A stretch of 59,043 nucleotides of DNA from Clostridiales bacterium (GTDB lineage Bacteria > Bacillota > Clostridia > Peptostreptococcales > Anaerovoracaceae): positions 1 through 59,043 of the forward strand of contig JAAYIA010000004.1 of assembly GCA_012735145.1 (NCBI GenBank), written 5' to 3'. Within the stretch, counting starts at the first letter, position 1. Each line of letters opens with the position of its first letter. Below are positions 47,264 through 56,325 of the stretch, in pieces. The notes beneath the pieces were generated by a model that had not been told where the DNA came from, made no database searches, and saw nothing but the letters and a program-made list of their open reading frames with translations. The translations under genes and the position numbers were made by a program.

Positions 47264-49435
47264 CTACCTTGTGTTAACCGATTCAACTTTGCTCCATGAT
47301 GAGTAATATTTCTTTTTTCCTATTTTCTTGTAAGATCGAACCTGAACATAATATTTCTTTTTATCCCTAAGCTTTTTAACACTTTGTGATACTTTGTTAT
47401 ACGAAGTTCCTATAGTTTTTGTTTTCGCAGATGACATATTGGAACTTGTGCTATATCTTAGCTGGTAACCACTCACATAATTACTCGGAGATTTATACAC
47501 TTGAACCTTAAACCCATTATTTAATGCACTAAGCCTGTAAATGGATGCCGGTTTCACAACTATTGAGTATGAAGACGTTATATATCCCGGATATGTCTTC
47601 CCAGTTACATAAACCTTATATGATCCCGGATTTTTACTGCCACTTGAGTATTTTATAGTAACACTATCGTTACTGATTTTCAGACCTTCATAATATGACG
47701 TAACCAGAGGTTTTATGACTTTTCCAGTATAATAATATCTTGTTTCTGAAGTTGAAGCCGTGATCAGGGATCTTCTTGGATCGTTACCCGAACGATTCTT
47801 AATCCAATCTCCGTTAACAGAAATGTCAGCAGTACCTACAAGTGATTTGTCTTTGTAAACTCCTAGCAGCATCCCTGTCTTTACTGTTTTTGTATCGGAA
47901 AGTTTTGCCCCTCGGGCGTCAATAACCGAAAGGCTGTAATTCTCGTAACCTTCTATAAAACCGAGATTATTCAAGAATTCTCTTACCGTAAGCCCGGTAG
48001 GTACATTTCTTACATACGAGTCTCCGATTTCAAACAGATAAAGCGGCTCTGATTTCTGAGGGGCTTCTTCTGTAGGTCCAGGAACTTCGGTATTAACTTC
48101 AGCTGAAGTTCCACCCTCCCCTGAATCAAATCCTGTTTTCCCGGAGACTGTCTCTCCTAATTCTGAAAGATCTTCTTCTGTCTCCTCTACCGGTAAGCCC
48201 GTTACATCTCCTGCGACAGCAGTCTCCTCTTCTTGGTTTTGCTGAGGCGAAACATTTCCGAAAATATATTGTGTTTCTCCAAGTTCATTGGTGTAATTGG
48301 CATTGTCTAATCCTATGCGACTTATGAATCCGGTTCCTATCGTGAATGGAATCAGTGCGTACCCATTGTAACTTCCGATTCCTCTAATATAAGCATACGC
48401 TTGCTGATCGCCTTTCTTAATATTGTTAATATATCCAATAGTATAGTCTTTACCTTGAATGAGATTTTTTCCTTTATTTATAACTTCAAATTTAGGTTCG
48501 ACAGTTTTACCTGAGTAATTCCAATCTGTGACCCCATATATCTCGCTGTTTGTAATATCGTTCTGATCATTCGATTTTGGATTTCTCTTGATATACCAAA
48601 AGTTTCCATCTGTAGATCCAATTTTTCCTGTACTACTTGAATAAATCCCGTTTATCAACGCAGTACTGGTAAATTGCCACTTACTATAAGTCTTTGTTGA
48701 TGTGCATTTACTATAGTATTGAGCACACCACAAATCCACATCGCTTCCGATATTATTCTCATCAATCATCGAACTGAAAAAGCTCGTATTTGCATATATA
48801 CCTACTTCGTAACCCTCGGCCTTGACCGTATCACAGAATGCTTTGGCACATTTCGTTGCTTGGATCTTGTTATTCTTAATACTATAGAGTCTACCCTTAT
48901 CACTTCCGGAAGAAGGTCCTGCATATTCATAATCCATATATATAGGGAGGTCGAGGTCCTTTGGTTTGATACCGAGCTTCTTAAGCCTATTAACAGCCTT
49001 AGTTGCTTCAGCCTTTGCTTCTGTAACGGTTGTAGCCTGTGAAAACACATAAGCACCTACCATTACACCCGCATCCTTTGCTTTGCGATAATGTCTTTCA
49101 AATTTTTCATCATCCCACATTGATCCTGATGACCCATAACCGGTATAGGTAACTCTTAAGATTGCAAAGTCGACATTGTTTTCTTTTTTTGCAGTGCTCC
49201 AATTGGTGTTTGCTGACTGATAAGTTGAAATATCAACGCCGTTTGTCATAAGGTAACCACTGAATTTAGACTTATGCATATATGTCGTTCTTCCTGTGCT
49301 GCCGTAAGGTGAATTAGAAGTAAATTCTGACGCAGCAAGAACCGGTATCGGTATAGCTCCGATACCAACTGCAAAGCATAATGTCATCATTAGTGCTATT
49401 ATTTTTTTGTGTTTTTTTTCATTTTTTCTATTCAT
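47264..49435 (-). CDS. Secreted GH25 muramidase (lysozyme) with C-terminal Ig/FN3-like repeat domains
   Basis: 723 aa with a signal peptide, the GH25 core (GVDISTYQ...VDFAILRVTY...GAYVFS), a linker, and C-terminal beta-rich repeats (GYQLRYSTSSNMSSAKT...YYVQVRSY). Confidence 0.8.
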   Translation of the reverse strand: MNRKNEKKHKKIIALMMTLCFAVGIGAIPIPVLAASEFTSNSPYGSTGRTTYMHKSKFSGYLMTNGVDISTYQSANTNWSTAKKENNVDFAILRVTYTGYGSSGSMWDDEKFERHYRKAKDAGVMVGAYVFSQATTVTEAKAEATKAVNRLKKLGIKPKDLDLPIYMDYEYAGPSSGSDKGRLYSIKNNKIQATKCAKAFCDTVKAEGYEVGIYANTSFFSSMIDENNIGSDVDLWCAQYYSKCTSTKTYSKWQFTSTALINGIYSSSTGKIGSTDGNFWYIKRNPKSNDQNDITNSEIYGVTDWNYSGKTVEPKFEVINKGKNLIQGKDYTIGYINNIKKGDQQAYAYIRGIGSYNGYALIPFTIGTGFISRIGLDNANYTNELGETQYIFGNVSPQQNQEEETAVAGDVTGLPVEETEEDLSELGETVSGKTGFDSGEGGTSAEVNTEVPGPTEEAPQKSEPLYLFEIGDSYVRNVPTGLTVREFLNNLGFIEGYENYSLSVIDARGAKLSDTKTVKTGMLLGVYKDKSLVGTADISVNGDWIKNRSGNDPRRSLITASTSETRYYYTGKVIKPLVTSYYEGLKISNDSVTIKYSSGSKNPGSYKVYVTGKTYPGYITSSYSIVVKPASIYRLSALNNGFKVQVYKSPSNYVSGYQLRYSTSSNMSSAKTKTIGTSYNKVSQSVKKLRDKKKYYVQVRSYKKIGKKKYYSSWSKVESVNTR

Positions 49436-49446
49436 CTTATCTCTAA

Positions 49447-49791
49447 TTACAACCTAAAAAGCTCCTTAACTTTCTCTTTCTTGAGATTTTCGCCCTTTAT
49501 CTCGATAAGGCCTATTTTTTCCTCTTCGACTTTTCTTATCTCGCATTCACGAGGTACATATTCAAATTTCAGCCATGAACCATCTACACTCTTTACGACT
49601 CCTTTGGCTTCCAGAACCTCTCCGCATTTATCAAAGCTATGAATTATGTTAACGAGATCTTCTTTTGAATATTTATTTGACGTAGCAGCTTCCATCTCTT
49701 CAATATCGTATCCATGATGAATTGCTCTATCGCATTTATCACCACAGCTCTCATGATTATAAGGATATTCCTTGACTTGTTTCTCTTCCAT
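49447..49791 (-). CDS. Hypothetical 114-aa Cys/His-rich protein, possibly a CobW-C-terminal-like domain
   Basis: I place the start at the ATG at 49791 (GAGGTG 5 nt upstream). MEEKQVKEYPYNHESCGDKCDRAIHHGYD...LEAKGVVKSVDGSWLKFEYV...IGLIEIKGENL. The family call is weak. Confidence 0.4.
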   Translation of the reverse strand: MEEKQVKEYPYNHESCGDKCDRAIHHGYDIEEMEAATSNKYSKEDLVNIIHSFDKCGEVLEAKGVVKSVDGSWLKFEYVPRECEIRKVEEEKIGLIEIKGENLKKEKVKELFRL

Positions 49792-49903
49792 ATTGCACCT
49801 CGCTTTATTTACATTATTATCATTTTTGTTAATGTTTATATTTATTAATGTCATTGCGAAATTTGGCTGTCCTTATACATTTATCTTGTGATATTTCGTA
49901 AGG

Positions 49904-51004
49904 CTATTCTGCATATTTGCTCGGAATCCCAAAATACTCCTCCATCGTAATCCAGTTCCCATCATTATATAAGATTTCGGCTAATTCTTTTCCTACATAT
50001 CTGTAGTGCCAAGACTCAAATATGTATCCTGTTATCTCTGTTTTTCCCTTTACATATCTTAATATCCAGCCATACTTATAAGCATTATCGTTAAGCCACT
50101 TGCCTTCCGCTGTGTCTTCAAAATGATCTTCAACAGAGTTTATGTCTACAGCTAACCCAGTTTGATGTTCAGAATGTCCCGGTCTTGCAGAATAGGAATC
50201 GGCTTTTTCTTTTCCATCTTTGGCAATATAATAATTATAAAGAGATTTTTGTGTGCTGTAAGAACGATATCCACTGACAATGCTGATATCTATTCCGTCC
50301 TTTTGTGCGGCATTGTCCATTTTATTCCATGCCTTCGCCGCTTTGTCAGTCAAGTCTCCCGGCCCATAGCTTACAGGTAAAGTAAAAGTTTTGCTAGCAA
50401 CAAGAACCCCATCAACTGTCGTTACTCCATCCTTTCTCTTTCCTATAAACCCATTCGATGTAACAAATGATATATCATCATCGTTTGCATTGATATCGAT
50501 TACATTTACTTTAATCTTTTTTTTCGACTTATTTCCCGATTCGTCCTCAGCGGAAATTTCTATTTCATAGTCACCAATCTTATTGGTTTTTACCTGTCCT
50601 TTATAATTGACATCGATAATTTCACCTGAATTATCAATAACTCTGATTGCTTTTTTCGGTTCGAATGGTTGTCCGAGTAAGCAATTGATTGAATTTGATA
50701 CCTGTATTTCAGGTGGCTTCGTATCCGATACTTTAACCTTGAATTCATATGGTATAGTTTTACCGTTTATTTCAATATTTACCGAAACTTTGACCTTTCC
50801 GGCTTTACTTGTATCTATTTCTACATCTTCCATGAGCTTACCTTTTTTTACACTTTCAATATAATCGGAAGCCTTTGCCTTCGAGTTAATCTCCGCGTGC
50901 AAATCTTTCGCAAGAATAACTCTGGATTTTGTCCAAAGGAAGCTCAGATATGCAATTGATCCGACGATTGCGATTAACAGAATCAAAATTATTTTCTTTT
51001 TCAT
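49904..51004 (-). CDS. M15B (VanY-type) D-alanyl-D-alanine carboxypeptidase with N-terminal Ig-like domains
   Basis: PGHSEHQTGLAVDI and ESWHYRYVG zinc-site motifs, with a signal anchor MKKKIILILLIAIVGS. The start is at 51004 (GGAGAAAAAGATT-ATG). Confidence 0.85.
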   Translation of the reverse strand: MKKKIILILLIAIVGSIAYLSFLWTKSRVILAKDLHAEINSKAKASDYIESVKKGKLMEDVEIDTSKAGKVKVSVNIEINGKTIPYEFKVKVSDTKPPEIQVSNSINCLLGQPFEPKKAIRVIDNSGEIIDVNYKGQVKTNKIGDYEIEISAEDESGNKSKKKIKVNVIDINANDDDISFVTSNGFIGKRKDGVTTVDGVLVASKTFTLPVSYGPGDLTDKAAKAWNKMDNAAQKDGIDISIVSGYRSYSTQKSLYNYYIAKDGKEKADSYSARPGHSEHQTGLAVDINSVEDHFEDTAEGKWLNDNAYKYGWILRYVKGKTEITGYIFESWHYRYVGKELAEILYNDGNWITMEEYFGIPSKYAE

Positions 51005-51182
51005 AATCTTTTTCTCCGGATATCCTCTACAAATTGATATATTACGCAAATGTCCCTCTTAGGGTAAGAATATCACGGATTACATGTAATTAGGCCATAT
51101 TTGTATCTATTTGTTATCTAAATATCCCTCCTAGTCTTGTTCTGGTAGTGACTTTAATACGTTATTCCAATATAATTAACAT

Positions 51183-52118
51183 ATGAATTTTAAGATGAAT
51201 GAACGCAAAGGTGAATTTATTGTAGGTCTGGCCCTTGCACTGAGGGGCTCTTCTCTTCTTTTTGGTAAAATCGCACTGAGAACAATGGGACCTTTTCTTT
51301 TGATGGGTACGCGATTTATTATTGCATTTGTACTAATCGGTCTTATATTTCATAAACAATTGGTCAAAGTAACGAGAACAGAGCTCTGGCACTGTACATT
51401 ACTTGGTTTTTTCTTCTTTCTTTCTATGGCCTTCGAGTTGAACGGTCTCAAAACCACACCTTCTTCTGTCACGGCTTTCCTTGAGGGATCTGTTGTTGTT
51501 ACCGTTCCTGTTATAACATGTATTGTGACGAGAAAACTTCCTACGCGAATGGTGGTTCTGACTTCAATTATCGCTCTTCTTGGTGTGGGTTTTCTGACTC
51601 TTAAAGGTGGACGGATAGGATTTACGACAGGCGAACTTCTTATACTGACAAGTGCTATGTGGTACTCTATTACTGTGCTTATCACGGATAAAGCTGCAAA
51701 AAACGACGATCCTATGGTAATCGCCATATATCAGCTTCTATTCATATCTCTCTTTGCATTTGCCGGCGCATTCATCTGGGAGGACATTCGTCTTCCACAA
51801 AACACAACTGAGTGGAGTGCTATTCTGGCTCTCGCTTTGATATGTAGCGGCTTAGGCTTCACTTTGCAGCCTCTGGGACAGAAATATATAACGCCTGAGA
51901 GAGCAGGATTGCTTTCCGTATTCAACCCTCTTTCCGCATCGACTCTTGGTATCATATTCCTTGGCGAAAAAATAACTTGGAGCATCTTTGTAGGCTCACT
52001 TCTTATTATTATTTCAATCTTCTTACCGTCCTTTATCAATAAAAAACCAACTACTCTCGACGAGAACATTTCCGAAACAAATCTGCCCAAGTCCGATTGC
52101 AGCAACACAGAACCCTAA
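51183..52118 (+). CDS. DMT (EamA-type) family transporter
   Basis: 311 aa with 10 TM helices in two EamA-like halves. No clear RBS; the start is uncertain (alternative ATG at 51195). Confidence 0.7.
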   Translation: MNFKMNERKGEFIVGLALALRGSSLLFGKIALRTMGPFLLMGTRFIIAFVLIGLIFHKQLVKVTRTELWHCTLLGFFFFLSMAFELNGLKTTPSSVTAFLEGSVVVTVPVITCIVTRKLPTRMVVLTSIIALLGVGFLTLKGGRIGFTTGELLILTSAMWYSITVLITDKAAKNDDPMVIAIYQLLFISLFAFAGAFIWEDIRLPQNTTEWSAILALALICSGLGFTLQPLGQKYITPERAGLLSVFNPLSASTLGIIFLGEKITWSIFVGSLLIIISIFLPSFINKKPTTLDENISETNLPKSDCSNTEP

Positions 52119-52131
52119 ATTTTTACTTCTC

Positions 52132-53187
52132 TTAGACTAGAAAACTTTCCGGCTCCGCAATATATTTATCCAATTCAAAAGGATTCAGTATTTCTTTGTC
52201 CGTTACTACACCCTTTACAAGCTCAGGCGGTGTTATATCGAACGCAGGATAGTAACCTTTGACATTTTGGTTTGATGTAGGTATTCCCATTGCCTGTAGA
52301 ACGAAGGTCGGCTCCCTCATCTCAATCTTAACTGTATCGACACTCGGATGACCCTTATCAGGTGCTCCTGTTACATAATAAGGAACATTATGAGAATTTG
52401 CTACAAGAGCAATCTGATATGTCCCCACCTTATTGATGACGTGACCATCTCCACAAATCACATCAGCTGCTGACGTAAATATATCTATCCCTTCATTTTT
52501 CATCACAGTCGCAGGCATATTATCAGTTATAACTGTTACATCAAATCCCATATCGTAGGCTACTGTCGCGGTTAATCTTGACCCCTGAAAATATGGCCTG
52601 GTTTCTGGGCAGAAAAGCTTTATATCCTTGCCTTGATTCCTCGCTTCTTTGAGCATTTGTCCAACCATCGTCTCGGCAAAACACTGTGTCATTATACTTC
52701 CTTTAGTTGGAAACTTATTTGCAAGGTGCTTTGCAGCCATTCCAATTTTACTATATCTGATATTGTTCATATCGACAGCATGAGCTCTGATTGCTTCTGC
52801 AATATTTTGATTTCCGCTCTCGAGTTCTTTCTTGGCAACTTCAAGACAAGATACGGTGATGCTCTTCATACGTTTTGCGGTTGTCGGTCTTGCGTTTGCG
52901 ATTGCAACAGCCGCTTCCGTCAAATATCGCAGTTGAGCCCCCGAACTTTGTCCTCGACATTCATAAGCTGCAAGAGCCATGCCCATAGCTGCAGCGACAT
53001 ATGGTCCCGCACTTTGAGTGACCATATCAGCAATCGCCTTTACTACTTCACGGTATTCCTTGCATTCACAAAACTTTACTTCAATAGGGTAAATTCTTCG
53101 ATCCAGAATCCTTACCATTCCGTCTTCATACCAAGCTATATTCTCGAACTGCAGCATCCAGGCCAGCCCTTTGTCTTGTCTATCCAT
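52132..53187 (-). CDS. eIF-2B alpha/beta/delta-family sugar-phosphate isomerase (MtnA / 5-deoxyribose-1-P isomerase-like, divergent)
   Basis: 351 aa. The N-terminal W..DG.VRILDRR pattern and the C-terminal GAD.I..NG...NKIGTY-like segment (VICGDGHVINKVGTYQIAL) fit the family. The canonical VRGAPAIG loop is replaced by TQSAGPYV. Confidence 0.55.
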   Translation of the reverse strand: MDRQDKGLAWMLQFENIAWYEDGMVRILDRRIYPIEVKFCECKEYREVVKAIADMVTQSAGPYVAAAMGMALAAYECRGQSSGAQLRYLTEAAVAIANARPTTAKRMKSITVSCLEVAKKELESGNQNIAEAIRAHAVDMNNIRYSKIGMAAKHLANKFPTKGSIMTQCFAETMVGQMLKEARNQGKDIKLFCPETRPYFQGSRLTATVAYDMGFDVTVITDNMPATVMKNEGIDIFTSAADVICGDGHVINKVGTYQIALVANSHNVPYYVTGAPDKGHPSVDTVKIEMREPTFVLQAMGIPTSNQNVKGYYPAFDITPPELVKGVVTDKEILNPFELDKYIAEPESFLV

Positions 53188-53337
53188 TTTATTCTCTTAT
53201 CACTTTCCAAACCTTATACAGCCATATATAACCATATATTTTCGCATACTCAGTATAATATATTAAATTATATATATATTTCTTCCTTTACAATATTATT
53301 TTACCTTCTCTGTTGCAAAACAATCAATCCATCATAT

Positions 53338-53370
53338 CGAAAAACCGAGCGAAATTCGCTCGGTTTTATT
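53338..53370. terminator. Bidirectional terminator (mainly for the surface-protein gene)
   Basis: CCGAGCGAA T TTCGCTCGG with flanking A5 and T4 runs. Confidence 0.8.
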
Positions 53371-53440
53371 GTTAAAACTTTCAATTTTTAGGCTATATAT
53401 ATCTTTTTTATTAAGGATCGATTTGGCTGCATTTCTCTTA

Positions 53441-55942
53441 CTATCTGCGCCTTTGCTTAATCACTATTAATGCGATGCAGGACATTAAGCACAAGCCCAA
53501 TCCGATAAATGGTAATTTGGGAAGTTTATCTCCTGTGGCTGGCCCATGTATTTTTCTTGGCACGTCATTAAATCTTACAGTTTGTTCCTCATTGTTAATA
53601 TCCGCATGAACAGCCAGAATTTCTCCATCCTTTGATAGTTCCTCATATGCGACAACGGCTTCCTCTCCCAGAGCCAAGCTGTTAAATCTAAATTTATTCT
53701 CTACAGTATCCTCAGCCATCTCCGGCGTGAACTTGATTACGCTTAAAATTTCTTTGCCCTTGTCGGTCATGGGCTTTCCCTTTGCCTTACATACAAGCCT
53801 TCCTGTTAAAGTGTACTCCTCTCCGGGTATAAGATTTTGAAATTTCACAGTATCATACAGTTCGGTTTCTTTTGAAACCGTCGTGTTATGATTATCATTC
53901 TTCCTGTCAAGAAGCACCGTCTCTATACGAGGTCTTTCCTGATTAAGAAAAGTGACCTCTTCTATCGATGCACCTCCTGCGTTTTTTGGTCCTCCCAACC
54001 ACATAATAGCATTCTCATCTCCTGTAATTCTGAATTCAAAACTTGGATGCTCACTTTCTTGTGCCTTGTACATATTAATCATGTGTGAGGAATTATATCC
54101 GATTTCTTCAATTCTGTATGTGCCTGCATAAAGCATGCCGAAATCTATGACTCCGTTTTCATCAGTCCCCTTTATCAGCTCCAAATCAATTCCAAAATCA
54201 GTCTTACCCGAAAGCTTAAATTTGATATCTGCGATGCTTTGTCCAGGATATTCTTTCTTAAGCTTAATCGGTGTTCTCCTTGCTTTATTTTCAAAGTTGA
54301 ATACAGCATCTCGGTTTGTATCCGTCAATATGACAGTTTGTGATTCCGGCTGTCTGTACATTTTTGACTGAGAATCTGTCATTTTCTCTGTTACCGTATA
54401 TTCACCTGCACTGAGATTTGTGTAAGACTTGTTGCCCGTCTCATCTGTTACAAATTCATCCTCAAAGACCCCTGCCGCTCCTAGAAAATCGAATGTATTT
54501 ATCTCTATTTTATATAAATCCTCATCATATTCAATCCTTTCGGGTTCAGATTCTATTTCTCGTTCACTATTAGTCTTAAGCCTGATTTTCGCACTAATGG
54601 TTATTACTTGTTCACTTCTTTTTCCTAAGATATCGGTATCGCTGTTATCTTTTTCCTCCGGATTTTCCGCTTCATTGTACTCCGTTTCAGCTTCTTCAGT
54701 TTCTATGTCCTCATTATTATGAATCAAGATATTATTCATCCGAACAAAGTATTCTCCTGTTTCACCATTTTTGGCAGCCGTATTCAAAGCTTTGAGGTCT
54801 TCAGCATCAACAGTCCATTCGCCTATGGAGAGTTCATCTGTTTTGCATTCTACTTGCGGATCAAGTCTGTGTATTAACTCCTCTTCGGTAAGCTTACGAT
54901 GGTTAAAAAGATGCCCTTTAACAGTAAATCGAAATCCTGCAACACTGCCTTCGTCGTTAACCGTTTTTATTATATTCAACCCTACAAGAGGCCTGTATCT
55001 GTTTGTCCATGTTATATAAGTTGTTTCATTTTCAATTATTTCAATCTCTTTGTCTATAGTCAGGGATTCATAAGATTCTTTCTGTTCATCTGTCAATAAC
55101 TCGTTTACTATGTATACGCCCGGTCGCATGCCTTTAATTTCGAGTCTGCCTTCAGAATCTGTTTTTGCCGTGTATGAAGTTTGAGTATCATCCTTTTTGC
55201 TAAACTTAAACTTAAATCCCTCCGTTTCACCACATAAATTGCCATCTTCATCTTTTATTCCATCATCGGAAAGTTCCTTTATCAGTTCCGCATCTCCCGG
55301 CTCAATAGGACTTATATTGTATGTTGCAAGCCTCTGATAATTTAATGTGCTGCTAGTTTTGTTCGGAGAATATATGAAGGCCTCAAAATTTTCTTCCGTA
55401 GGAAAAGGCTGCGCTTTAGCATCTTTATAGACCTTATGTGCCTCATTACTTTCCTTGTCGGTAATTTCACTTAAATGTGGCCATTTTGTCCATCTGTCTC
55501 CATTATGATATGCAAGATGCATGGCTAGCCTGAGTATACGTACATCTTCAGCATTTTTTGTGTACTTATCCGACTGCAGATGAGCATAGTAATATAATAA
55601 CTTTGCCACATTTCTTTCATTTGCAGGTGAGCTCGTCTTAATTTTTGACAAATTTCCCGTTGTTCCCTTCTTAGGATAGGTTCGGCCCGTATCCATACAA
55701 TAAGAAAAACCTGACATTCCGCTTATCTTACCGATATGTTCTGTAGACGATCCGGCCTGTAGAGCCTTGACCGATACAACCTTCGCTGAAGCTGCATATG
55801 CTTTGTCTGCTTTGTACCCTCCTATTACAACAAGGCTCGTTGCAATAAACATAAAACATACTAGCCGCGATATCAGTTTTCGTATTACACGCATCCTTTG
55901 CATCTGTCTTGTTTCAGCCGGATTACTTTTGACTTTAATCAT
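53441..55942 (-). CDS. Large cell-surface protein with repeated Cna-B/SpaA-type (prealbumin-fold) domains and a C-terminal sorting-signal-like tail
   Basis: About 833 aa from the ATG at 55942 (AAGGAGAAAG RBS; the track start at 56047 is less likely). It has a signal peptide and repeated G.Y.V.E segments (PGVYIVNEL, AGEYTVTEK, AGTYRIEEIGY). The C-terminus GPATGDKLPKLPFIGLGLCLMSCIALIVIKQRRR is a motif + TM + basic tail. Confidence 0.7.
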   Translation of the reverse strand: MIKVKSNPAETRQMQRMRVIRKLISRLVCFMFIATSLVVIGGYKADKAYAASAKVVSVKALQAGSSTEHIGKISGMSGFSYCMDTGRTYPKKGTTGNLSKIKTSSPANERNVAKLLYYYAHLQSDKYTKNAEDVRILRLAMHLAYHNGDRWTKWPHLSEITDKESNEAHKVYKDAKAQPFPTEENFEAFIYSPNKTSSTLNYQRLATYNISPIEPGDAELIKELSDDGIKDEDGNLCGETEGFKFKFSKKDDTQTSYTAKTDSEGRLEIKGMRPGVYIVNELLTDEQKESYESLTIDKEIEIIENETTYITWTNRYRPLVGLNIIKTVNDEGSVAGFRFTVKGHLFNHRKLTEEELIHRLDPQVECKTDELSIGEWTVDAEDLKALNTAAKNGETGEYFVRMNNILIHNNEDIETEEAETEYNEAENPEEKDNSDTDILGKRSEQVITISAKIRLKTNSEREIESEPERIEYDEDLYKIEINTFDFLGAAGVFEDEFVTDETGNKSYTNLSAGEYTVTEKMTDSQSKMYRQPESQTVILTDTNRDAVFNFENKARRTPIKLKKEYPGQSIADIKFKLSGKTDFGIDLELIKGTDENGVIDFGMLYAGTYRIEEIGYNSSHMINMYKAQESEHPSFEFRITGDENAIMWLGGPKNAGGASIEEVTFLNQERPRIETVLLDRKNDNHNTTVSKETELYDTVKFQNLIPGEEYTLTGRLVCKAKGKPMTDKGKEILSVIKFTPEMAEDTVENKFRFNSLALGEEAVVAYEELSKDGEILAVHADINNEEQTVRFNDVPRKIHGPATGDKLPKLPFIGLGLCLMSCIALIVIKQRRR

Positions 55943-56149
55943 TTGTTCTTTCTCCTTCCGATATATAAATCGTATCTCCTTACCTCGTGGACATAAGGTT
56001 ATATCGGGACGAAGAAACAATCGAACAGTCTGCGTGCGAATATACACATCAAAGTTGCGATTACATGATCATTTCATATAAATATGTTTTGGGTATGAAA
56101 AAGGATAATTTCTGTCTGAAAATAGATCTGCATTATTCAAAGAAAATAT

Positions 56150-56195
56150 ATGCAAAAAATAAAATAACAAAGGCGGTGATCTAATCACCGCCTTA
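56150..56195 (-). terminator. Terminator of the GH20 gene
   Basis: AAGGCGGTGAT TAG ATCACCGCCTT (11-bp stem), followed on the minus strand by a T-rich run. Confidence 0.8.
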
Positions 56196-56325
56196 GTCTA
56201 TCGTATTTCTATGTTTTTATGGAAAAATTATATGGAGGTGCGAATTGTTTGTTCGCTTTGTGTATCTATATAATAGCCTTAATTTATGTAGAATTAGTGT
56301 TCCTTAAGCGTGCATTAAGAGTGCA

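Noticed and set aside
52633-53391. A 252-aa plus-strand ORF, the longest unexplained ORF in the track
   Set aside because: It is antisense to the well-supported eIF-2B-family gene. The product is Cys/Ser/Phe-rich low-complexity sequence with no RBS. It continues into AT-rich intergenic DNA. This is a typical shadow ORF.
55500-55800. A thioester (TQxA-type) adhesin domain in the N-terminus of the surface protein
   Set aside because: A YC(M)D motif is present, but I could not find the partner TQxA(I/V)W Gln motif. The claim is left as speculation only.
56220-56325. Tiny plus-strand ORFs after a GGAGGTG motif (e.g. a TTG-start 22-aa peptide) and a GTGCATTA direct repeat at the GH20 stop
   Set aside because: There is no supporting promoter, coupling or conservation evidence. 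It lies between a gene end and its terminator, so it is most likely just 3'UTR sequence.
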